Shown here in pieces: positions 12,701 through 24,700 of a stretch of 64,000 nt of DNA. The stretch lies in NCBI GenBank assembly GCA_002633005.1, contig NMRA01000013.1, forward strand, positions 975,474-1,039,473. The letters are read 5' to 3'. The notes under the pieces are model-generated. The model made no database searches. It saw only the letters and a list, made by a program, of their open reading frames with translations, and had not been told where the DNA came from. How positions within the stretch are numbered: the stretch's first letter is position 1; each line of letters starts with the position of its first letter. Source of the DNA: Phoronis australis. Taxonomy: Eukaryota > Animalia > Phoronida. Made by a program: the position numbers and the translations under genes.

Positions 12701-15700
12701 GGTGCTGTGCACATTAGCTTGAACTGGTAATTGCTCTTGTTTTTGAATGGTGAAATTTGCCATCTGTAGACAATGTGTTACTAGTAGCTGCTATCTAGAC
12801 AGTCTCAATTGTGGGTGTGGTATTAAAAATTATACTCTTTTCATTTTGTAGAAATATGTCTATGACATTGCGAAGTCGTTCGCTTACGGCCATTTCCAAG
12901 AAATCAAAGTCTCGGGCCCACATTATTACAACGCTGTGGTAAAGCTGCTATTGTGCTCGGTCGTTTTGTTTCTTCTGAATTGCCAAGTTTGCACTGGCCA
13001 TATAATGTTGCGTTCTAATGGTTTCTTGTTACGGTATTATAATTTGCCACTACGATTTCATTTGCAGAAGCATGCTGATACTTTGAGTAGACCAACAGCT
13101 CTGGCAGGCATTCAGGAATTTCAGTGGTCGAAAATTTATTACGACCGATGGGTAAATTTCCAAGAAGACACGCACGTGTCTAACTTGTAAACTAGAGTCC
13201 TAGCCAGCATTACTGCAAGCTTAACCCTGTCCTCAAACTAATGAAAATCTGTTGAGATTGATCTCTTGGTCTTTGAAGTCGCCACGCTCGACTGTTACAA
13301 GCTAACTGCTCTCGGTTGCACCTAGAAAGCTATCGCAAATGCAGACATGCATCCTCCCTATCTCAGCCTCCTCAGCGTCTTGGTACTGATCTAATACTAA
13401 CCATGTTTTCCATCGTCCATCTGCCTCGTTAAAATTCTTTTCTGTTAGTGTTGCCGCCATTTTCTAGCACGTTCATGACTGACGAGATTCTTCCTGTCAG
13501 ACGATAACAGTTGGTAGTGGACAAAGCCCATTCACTCACCTAACCTTTCCTCATTACAGCGTTAAATGTGCATGTCGAGGTCGCGTCTTGCACGACCTCT
13601 AGCCAAGTACTGCAACAACATCAAGTGCCTGCAATGAAAGACTTGTGCATGGATATGTCATTCTCTGGTCTGTAACGGGTAATTGCCATGAAACAGTTGT
13701 GAATTGTGTTGATTTGTTAATGGTTGAAGTCTGATCTCGGTTTAGTGAGCTCTCAGTGACATTTTGGTTTGAATAAGCACCTTGGCAGAGAATTTGGTTT
13801 AGAAAGCCATTAATGTCAGGAGACAATTGGAAGTTGTCGACTGCTGTCAAAAGAAAATGTGGTTGGGAGTGAAAAAATTGCTTGTCTTGTTGCAAATCAT
13901 GATGGAGATCTGAAAGACCATGGGCGCTCGTTACAATAAAATTTGAATCCGTTGTCAGCAAAAGTTGGGCGATTTCATATACAGAGAATCGCCAAGGACA
14001 GAAGTCTTGAGACTTCACAGAGTACTGAGATCAAGAAACTTGAGTTTTGTTGACTGTTCTAACTCGTGACTTTTTGTGGATGTGTGGTGTGATCACGTCA
14101 TTTTTGCCTTATCACATGGAAAATTCTAGAATTTTTTAATTATCAAGAGTACATTTAGATTTCTGCCTGCGTTCTGTGTCCATCTGCCATCAACAAAGTG
14201 GCTATATGCTGTAGTTGTGTTCACTCATTCTTTTATCCATTTCATCGGTGCAACAGCTGGGGTATTAGTGAGGCTTTAGACTTGACATATTTTTGTCAAA
14301 ATAGTCCTTATTTTGTGACCTGCTACAGAATAAGGGGATTTTTCAGTCAGTATTTAGATTACGTGCAGTTTAACCTATGCCTGAAATGTGTGCACCGATA
14401 CGTCATTTCACAATCAACTCTCTTTAGTTGAGGTAAGAAAACATTTTTGTGCGAAAAATACAGCAGTGTGAATGGGCGACTTAAAACTCACTAGGTGGCG
14501 TTAGCGTGAGAACGGTCCCACATGTATGCAATAACGGTCTGCCTACATTCGCACTCATGCTTGTGAAATACTTGCTGCTCTAAATTTATCCAGGTCTTCA
14601 AATGAGGAGTCTTTATTCTTTAGCGCCAACTGGTGAATGTAATATCTCCTAATTGACCTTTTCGTGGATACACAGAAACTAGAGGATTGTGGGAAATTGC
14701 TTTCTTTACAGCAGATGAATTTTCCAGGTCAGGTCACAGAAAGGGGAATTCTCTATTAATTCACTAATCGAGGCACGTCTAATGGGAACTAAGAGTCATG
14801 ACGATGCAGTTTCAAAAAGGACAACATATCCAACGTTAAAATACCTCATTATATAGCTTTGAAAAGTCTGAGGTGCAGTCTACGTACATGTAGATTTACT
14901 GGCTTTGATTGTGACAAAGTTTGCTAGATTTTATCTGCAAAACATTGAGTGATACAGCAAGACTTGAATAGCACCTGGGGGGAATGAGAGGCATTGGTTG
15001 AATTATGGTGTTTCCCGTGTGTTACTTGTCCTATGAACCTATTAAACTGCATTGCGATTCGTGACCTCCAAGTGATATATTAAGTGCTGTGATCCCACCA
15101 CATGTTGAACTTTGCTTTGCACTTTGTCCTTAACTTGTCTACATTGGAGGCATGACATGTTAAAACAAGGAACTTTGTTAAAAACACCACCATTGGCTAA
15201 GTTGATCATGTGACTTCATCTTTACCAATCAGAACCGAAGTTGAAAAAAGGTCATCTTGCTTTCTAGATGGATCTTACACAAACATTATGAATTGGGCAC
15301 ATAAACTCATACTTTCTGCATTCAGAATTTAAGCAAAGTGGTCCGAGTTTGGAAGAATTATCCGTCCTGGAACAACTTAATGGCCCAAATAGATTCGACA
15401 GTTTTCGACAGATTGGCAATCCTGCCCAAAACTGTACCTGTTCACATTAAAGGAATATCGATTTTACCGCCAAAAATTGCTCTTATTCGATTATTGTGAG
15501 ATGGGATGCCTAGCTATTAAACCTCACAAGTCATGATTATGTTTTTCTGATTGGCCAATTCAGTCATGCTGTTGTCTGGCACTTGTTTGTTGATATCGAG
15601 GCTGTTGACTGTATCAGAGATTCTTAAAATGTTCAGCTATTTATCAAGAGGAGTGTAGCTCTCGTAGCTCAGCATTAAACTACGGAACTATTTAGTGGTC

Positions 15701-18700
15701 ATGGGATTATTCTCATTTTAGTTGTACATAGAAAAGAAATTCCAACACTGTTTAATCATGCTTCTTTACCCCTAAAGCGCAGCCTTAGGCTTGCGAACAC
15801 CAAACCCATGGTATAAATTCCATACCCTGTGTGTAAACGCCACACATGTGGTGAAAATGTACCTTACCCTTTGATGAAATTCGAAACCTGAACAAGGGGT
15901 ATGGGTGAGAATTTGTTCCCTGGGTATGAAGGTGAATCAGTGGGTAAGGAGTATTTTGGGCACATGTTGTGTGGAGTTTAGGAGACGCAGGTATAGAATT
16001 TGTTACGCGGATCGGGTGTTATTGGCCCAAACTGAGGCTTAGGGGTTTGTAGCTGCCTTTAGAGGCGCCTCTATGGAATCGTTTCTTCCCCTCCGCTTAA
16101 TTCTGTTTTATTGCTACATTGTCTTTGAAATGCCTCCATTGTCGACAGTTAGGTTTGATCTTACTCACCTGCAAGTTTTTATGATTTCAGGTTTTTCACT
16201 AATCTCTTATTATAATTTGTTTTAGAGCCGTCAGCTAGCGTTTTGGTTGTAGTGTGAACTCACAGTTATTGTTTACTTTTAATCAACTTTTGGTTGTATT
16301 GTAGCTGAGTATTTGCACAGCAATCTGACACTTGGATTGTTTCTGAATCTTTGTTGTCTGATGGTTGTGATTCACTTGTTTTTATATTTCTTGAAAAATT
16401 ATATGTCCCCTTAAATTTTTATTACGAAAATATGAAAATGTTTTAAACGATGTATTTGCTATTTCGCAAAAATGCTTTTTCAAATTTTTGTCATTGTTTT
16501 GGCATTATTTTTTGAATGTGAGAAATTTTTCAGCGTTTCTTCAAAAGTTGAAATTCTGATTGTGATTGAATTTCAGGGTTATATACTTAATGGGTATCCT
16601 TATTTTTAAACTGTTTTTGTGTAAAGATTTATTTTGAAACTTTGACTTTGAATGTTACTTGGTATAAAAATGCCCGGGACATTAAATGGGTAAAATAATA
16701 TGTTGTGTTTTGTCAAACAAACGTTAATTCCATATTTCTAACAATTTTGGATTTGTTATTAGGCACTCTGGAAAGTTAAGTTAGTAGAAATCTCTGACGT
16801 TCTTTGATTGCTCGTTGTTACAGTTTGACTAATCTTATTTTCTGTTGACCAGGCTTACGCAAGGTCCGTTCAATATGCACTTGATTTGTTTCCTGAACTG
16901 TTGTTTTTTACTAACTGCTCAGCTATGCTTGCACCGGTGTGGGTTGGTAGGTTTAGGTATTATGCAAGACTTACCCACTTTTCTACCTTCTGCTTGTACC
17001 ATAGGAGTACCATACTGTTCTGTCTCGGCCTGTCGCACTGCAATCCTCCAGGCTCGGTAAAGACGTTCATAACTTCGATCACTTGGTAACTTGGCTGTCC
17101 GTAACTCCCATGCAACCTTCTTTCTTGCTCCGTTGACCTCCACGTAATTGTGTCTCACTTTTTCTTTACACCTCCGTCTCTCCAGTGCTGGCACTTCTTG
17201 ACTTGTCTCCCCTTGGCACTGAAAACTGGCATCAGGGGAGATTACTCTACCATAGAAGTGGGCATGGTTTTCAGTGAACAACTTGACTATCAAAATGTGT
17301 AGCATTACGTTTTTGTTGTTTACTGTTGACATTTTGTTGTTTTACAAGTTTTTTTAAAATATCTCTTTAAACCTTTTTTCTAAATAGTTGAATGTTAATT
17401 ATTGGTTAGTGTATGCACAAGTACGCAATGTTCTGTTCTATTATTTTCACGTTCGTCATAAAGCAGTACTTCTGTTTATTTATTTGTATTATTTTCTGAA
17501 GCACACAGGATGAATTTATTTGATTTAAAGTGACGTTAACAGCCTGTAGCAATGATTTGATAAATACATGGTATGGCAATCCCTAGTAGCCAACTTCGTT
17601 AATTGGACCTAAGCCATTAACTTTACTATCATCAGTATTTGATTAATCCTAAAAATCTTGCCAAATGAACTTGTGCTATTGAAAACCATGTATTTGTTTA
17701 GATTCTGCCTAATATAAACTAAACTTTATGAAATCTCTGTGATTACCAGTTAGCACACCTAATACACCATCTTAAAGTTTTCGTCTGACTGGTAGCTATT
17801 GGTTGTTTGTTTGTTGGCCCAGTGTTGCATAGGCCCTATCATGGACACAAATTTTCATACACGACTTCCAATTCTGGCATTAAAATTTGTCATCAGTTGA
17901 TTCGAAAACTGTTCTAATTTTCTGTTTAATTTGCTTTCGTCTTAAGACGATTTTAGTCTTAATTCAGACCTTTAGCCATCTTGCAATGTTGGACGTACTA
18001 TGGATAGATTATTTTCATGTGATTTGTGACTCGGACAATACCTGTGTGACACAAAATGGTTTACGTGTGCGATTCCTATCAGAAAGTACACGATCTCCTG
18101 GCCATTTTGTTCTTGTGTTGACTGACGTACTTGCACTCTCTGAGCACAGCTCCTGTTTCTGTTTTTAAGCTTCAACTGTTTGACACAATATCTTTTTAGC
18201 ATTTCTGTTCCGATCCCGAATGCCATTTGACGTTTTGATTCATTTGAAAATAATCACGTGGTTTTTGTTTATTTTTTTATTGAACTCAATAAGATATGCA
18301 ACGCTGCTTCCAGTGTAAGTGGTCACGTGAAACTTGCGATGTTTTGTTCCACTGTGGTCATCATTTTGTACCAAGACTTGACCCAGATGAGTTAAAGGCT
18401 ACAGGAGATTTGGTCTTGCTTTTGTTTTTGTTTTTTTTTTGCTTCATTTTTTTAAAAAGACATCCTCTGGCCGGCAATGGCATATTGGTGTAGATTAAAA
18501 AATTCTAAAAATTTATTTCAGAAAATATATGCTTTTACTTATACCAAGTTAAAGCTAGATGGTACAGATTGCCAATAAGGTTACTTAAACTTGGATATAA
18601 TATCTGATCTAAATGTGAAAAATGGTGATTTTCCAAAGAGTCCTATTTGTTTCACTTCACTACCATCGGACATGTGATTTTCATGATTATTGTTAAAATT

Positions 18701-21700
18701 CAGGCAATTGAATCCAAGGATCGGGTAAGAAAAAAAGATGACGAGTCTTAAAGGATCTGGGTTTTACTAAGATTAATTTATTTCTTCAGATATGTTCAGT
18801 AATAATAATGTCATTTCTAAAATATATGGGTCTTAATACATCAACCTCTAGCCTATGGCACGAGGTTTCTGTCGATCACTTCTCCGCCCATCTTCAGGTG
18901 TTACAGCGTTAAAAGAATGAGTACGTGTTTACGATACACTCACAGTGGTCGACGATGAGCATTTCTTTTCCTTGACGCACACTTGGGATTGAACTAGGGA
19001 CTTCTAGATTGTCAATCTAGTACGCTAAGCACTGCAGCACTGAGTCGTCCATTGAGTTGTGCGTTCTTTTAAGGATGCTGTAAAACTTAAAAATGGTCGG
19101 AGAAATGACAGACTGAAATGTCGTGCCTATATATTAAATAGGCCAGAGGTTGGTGTAAAGAGACCAATAGATTTTAGAAATGATGTTACGAAATTAGCAC
19201 CTCAAAGCGGTTTTAGGAAGACACTGTTGTAATGGTTGTCTACCTGGATTAGGATTGTTTGTCTGCATAAATGTACGCTCCAAAATACTTTATTTAGCTT
19301 AAGTCTGTGCGGACTGTGACACGTGTCACGTGACTACATGAGCACGTTTTTGTTCTTGTCCTCAATAACCACGACAGATTAATTATGTATGGGTGGCGGA
19401 ATTGAATGTCATTTGTAGACAAAAGTTTTTTTTAGGTCTTACCAAAAACCAAAATCAGTTTGAGTTTAACATGTGGTCACTCTGAAGCTCCGTCCTGGAA
19501 GTACAATTATTTGATCACTGTATGTATTATGTTAAAACCAAATTTACTTTGGTCAAATGAATGAACATATCTTTGTTTGCTGTATTTTGTTCTCATCAGT
19601 TGGTCTCTGACAAAGCATTATTCTTTACCGAAGTCTGACGTCTCATTTTCAAATCATTAAATTTGTATTGTACTGCCATGGATGGGCTCTCCGTTTTAAA
19701 GATCTCATTTTCTGTTTAGCAACCTGGGAATTTTTGCCAGACCACATTTAGGGTCTTGTTGTAGACAACAATATTTAGGTGAAAATGTCAATCTGTTTAT
19801 TCTTAAGTGTTTCCTGCCATCTGTTGGCCAGCACGATGACTCACAAGCTAGTTAGACCATGCTTGAAAGTATTACTGGAAGCTGTTGCTAATGCATTAAT
19901 TGTGCTGCCCCACGACTTAGATCAGCCTTCCTGATATTGTGGACAGTTGGTTCTCGCTGTTCTTGTACTTATCTATTTACAAAGTACACGATGTTGTGGA
20001 AAGAGGTGTGTGTCACCCCCTTTTTGGTTAAGTGAGCAAGCATTTGCCTGAATTGCAAATGGTGTTTCATCGGTCTGTCTCGGGCAGTTTCAAGCACGTG
20101 TTGTCATGAAGTCATGTGACTCGTATCATGTCTTGCACAAACTTTGTCTCCATGCACTGTTGCCATATATGTGGGATGGAAGGTTGTGATCCTAACCTGT
20201 GTCATGTATATAGAAAGAAATTTAACTCCTAATCTGCATAGTTCCATGTATGTTCTTACAGCTGTTTGGGGAGCACCGCAGTTCTCATTGGGTTTTGACT
20301 AGCAGAACTTACATCAATGGTTTTGTCACCTTCACTCTGTTGAAAACCGTACCCAAAGGCTGAAAAGTATTGAGTCATTTTACATAACAGCCCTTCAGAT
20401 GAGCTCAGAAACATTATTCTGTCTTGGTAGACTAAGAAAAAGGGGTAAAAAGAAGAAAATTAGCGTTTTCACCCCAAAACCACCACTTCCTTGTCGATGA
20501 GTGACATAAGCCAATGCTAGATTCTGAAAGCAAATTTTCTACAGATTCCAAAATGTGCTGCAAAGGGGCTGTGGACCAACTAGATTTTTTTGAATTGTGG
20601 CTTATTTGAGAGCTAAATGCTACTTAGCAAGCACAAATGCAACAGGGGCAGCCACCACCTTGAAAAAAGTGCATCAACTGCCGAACAAGTGGTCTTTTCT
20701 CATTCCTAAAAAATAGGAAACCGATTTTTTGAAGGTAAAAAGCTCAATTTTAAATTTGTTTTAGCCAGCTGTGAAGTGCAGCTTTATGTTTTCTGCAGTG
20801 GAAATTGACGTGTTTTGTTTAATTTACACAGCATTTGAGTTGGAATTGCTTTGTGGAGACTGTGAAGACAGTAAGAGAGCTGGCTGTCTTGATTCTGAAA
20901 AAATACACTCACCATTTCATAGCCATGAATGTCAGCAGTGACATTTTCCTAACTCTTGAACCTTGCAAAGGAAACTTTGGAATTCCTGGATTGCAAATAT
21001 CAGCATTTGTTCCAAATAAAAGCATTTTCTTGGATTGGTGTTGCACAGTGGAGTTTAATTTGGTAATACTTTTGGGACACCCTATATTCTCATTTTTTAA
21101 AGTTTTGGCAAACCTTTTCAACATTGTCTGCATTATGTTTACTTTCTTATAATAAAATAATAATTATGATAATAATATCAATTTTAATTGTCTTTGACTT
21201 CCCCTTTAAAATCTTATTTTGCCATTCAGGATGTGATAGTGAGTGCCTTGTGAATTATTTTTTGGTAATGGTTTTTGAGTGTGTTTGATTGGCTCTGTGT
21301 ATTTAAAACAGTTATCATATATGGACCATCCCTCAGCAGGTCATTTTATGTGCCAAGTATATTCTCAGGAATTATTAACGAATTGTCAGTTCTTTCCGAC
21401 TCCAGAACCCATCGTGTCTCATCTGAGTAAGGAACCAAGTTGGGACCAGTTTAAAAACCTTTAATGTTCGTAATCCAAAGTTATGTTTCGCTGATGAAAT
21501 GTGGGTTCATAGTATTGACCGTCATTGTCGGTTATTCCCTGTGTCAGCTCCAGCCTTGCCCCAAGCCTCAAGATGGGGCTGATCGGCTTAGCCATTTGAG
21601 GCTTGGTTATGGGAAATGTGTCAGAATTCTGACATACTTTACAGAAATTGCCGGAATATCACAAGTAATATAACCAACTTTGAAATTCTCTTCAGTGTAG

Positions 21701-24700
21701 TATAAAAATGAAAACTAACAATATATTGCAGCAATTTAGGTCTAAATTATTGCAAAAAGTGATATATTTTGATTTGAAAACAGATTAATTTCTATGATAA
21801 GAAAAGAATTGAAGATGAGTTTGCCAACAACCTTTATTTTAAACAAGAGTCAGAATAATGCCTTCTGCTTTATTAATGGCAGCAACAACACCTGCGGAAA
21901 TAATTAAAATCTGCCTTTGTTTTAATGACGTCAAGGCAGCAGCCATTTATTACGCAGAAGGTGTTTGCCATAACCAAGCCTCTAATGGCTAAACCGATCA
22001 GCGCCATCTTGAGGCTTGGGGATGAGGCTGTGACAGCTCAAGCATTGTTAAAGTGCCAATTTTGAAAATTATTGTTTTGGTTCATGGTTTGGGGTGGAGC
22101 CATCTGTTTTGTTTTGTTTAATACTGCTAGTTCTTGTTTCTAATTGGGGTTCGTAGACTGGTTCAATGGGAAGATCCACAGCCATCAACTTCATTTATTC
22201 CAGTTAAATTGATGTTTGAGATTTCAGTGTAACATAATTAAATGTTGTGTCAAGATCTTCAATAAAGATCAAATTTGATGTAGAATTATAGCAGTTTCAA
22301 TTTGTGTCCGTTTGAAAACACTTCGTAATTTTTAGTCTTGAAACATGCTTCTTTTGCGCAATCGTGCTTTGTGTTCGCTTTATGTAATTTATGTTTTTGT
22401 CTATTAGGCATGGTTTTCTGTATGTTCTGTGTATTATTCGTTTGAAAACAGCTCAACAGACATTATAAGTTCCACGCACACACTCACTCCCCCTGTTGCA
22501 CAAAATTGTGAACATTGGTTGTGTATTGCATGAACTTCCTGTCTGACGTGTGTAAAAATTGACTTTAATGCAAATTTGTTCGTTTAGTGAACTTTTTTTT
22601 AATATTGTTCAATCTTTAAAAGGATTACCGCCACAGAAAATTCTCACCTGAAACAACTGATTTTTCCATTTTTCAATGAATACCCACAATGTCTCAACAC
22701 AGTGGGTGGTTGCTATGGTTTATCTTGTGTTTTATAAAAAAATGAAAAATAAAATTTCTCTCGTGTCCTAACTTGGTGAGATTTTACTGTAATTTGAAAA
22801 ATTTTGTTGCACCACAAAATTTTTGTCATGTTTTTTTATTCTGTACTGGTTTTATTTATGGTACAAGTTCCTTATTGCTGAACACTCAACAATTCTTCAT
22901 TTCCTAGTAAACATTTGAATGCGACAGGTCCTTAATTTAGAAGTTAAGCATTGTTTAATGCACGATTGTCAAAAAGTTTGGAAATTCATTTTTCTGGGAA
23001 AATCAAAAGTTTCACTGTCCCAGCTCGACTACCATACTTATCACAGTTAACACCCATGTTGACTCTCCTATGCTAGTATACTGCAATGGACGTGTGGCAC
23101 TGGCAACATAGGTCAGGTCGGGCATTGCACAAAACACCAGGGCCGAGTTGCATAAAGCTTCAATAGTTATCCGCTGGATAAGTTTGATTGTTGCATGACG
23201 TTAGGTGCATTGGTCAACAATAACAGCGTGGCGCGTGATCATGTTGCTATACGGCGTATAACTTTTATGCAACTGGGCCCTGATTTAAAACTTATGTTAA
23301 GTCATTGTGCTCTTTAGATAAGTTGCAGATGTGCTTAGCTATCTATGCCACATTCATCTGTTATTCTTGCGTGGCATGTAAACCAAGTTACTGCCCACAG
23401 AGGGCATCCACAACCACCACTGCTTCAGCTTGTCTGGTCATCTCTCTTCACCATCTACTCAGAAGGATCGGTGGTTACCCGGTAGTCTCACTTGATACTT
23501 CTGACCAAATGCTGTAGGGTCCATTGATTTCCAAGAGCAAATGTCTACAGCAAAAAGTTGCTTCCACATTACCTTGTATGCAATGCCTCAAAGCAGGGTA
23601 AAAAACGACAAATGTCTAGACAAACGCCCGTTGCCGAGAATGTCACATGCCTACATGTTCGTGAAGCTATCCATTTATAACATCCATAGCCTCGACTGCT
23701 TATGCTATTGCGTTGTCATCTCAACCTTTTATCAAGGAGCTGCTAAATGCCCAATGCCTAATTTTCAAAGTTTATTTTTTTAAATGAAGATGGTGCGTTA
23801 TACAGTCATGCACCATCAAGTTATACAGTCATGCACCATCAAGTTATACAGTCATGCACCATCAAGTTGGTCACAGTCATGCACCATCAAGTTGGTCAAG
23901 GCTTTGCTGTTCCTTAAATCACCATTTGTTAAATGTGACTTTTCACTTCAGCTCCTCAGACAACGCAATTTGCTTTGAATTCCTTTAAGCGTCATGTTGC
24001 TGGCATTCTGTCTTATTTTTAGTTAATTCTTACTTGTGATGTGGCTTAGCCGGGTGACATTTTTACACGTCTTCCACGGTCTGTTACACGTGGCTGTTTA
24101 CGCACTTGGTGTTATTGAAAACTACACTTTTGATTGCCCATATTCCGGTCAATACACATTCTCTGATTTTTAAAATTTTCAATTTTAACGCTCTGCTCCT
24201 GGGTCGTTAATCCAGATGAGTATGGTAGACGGGCTTGAATAAAAGGACTTGTACCATATTTTAATGTTCTTCTTTTTTACTTTAAGTTACCTCCCTGTTT
24301 TAAGCTATTGCATTGTCACTTACATTTCTTCACATTTTTTGAAGAAAATTATGGAGTATTAAACTGAACTAATGGATTATTGTGCCTGATATTTCTCTGC
24401 GTGTGAGATTTTTTTGTATTTAACTCAATGAACTAACAAATTAACTTGCACGTATTAATTTGTTCTAATGTTTTGAACATCTCTTATACAAAATTCAAGA
24501 ACTATCAACATTTTTGTCTGCTGTATGCCGCTATTAATAATTAGCGACTAAAAATTCATAGATACCTGTTGTAAACTGAAAGTCTGTATTGAATTTTTGA
24601 AAGTTTTATTGTTTTTTATTTTAGGGTCTTGGAATGATGACAACGTTAACTCTGCCGGTGTACAACAGGAGCGCTGAGTCAGTATGTATCTTTTGTGGTG

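Noticed and set aside
13599-14018. Longer ORF-track entries in introns (13599-14018, 16919-17332, 30023-30454) as nested genes
   Set aside because: No recognisable domains or exon chains; lengths are compatible with chance
19720-19790. Possible fourth alternative exon ([10 protein letters not shown]...)
   Set aside because: Wrong phase after the AG, in-phase reading hits a stop, and no W/Y-x-D motif
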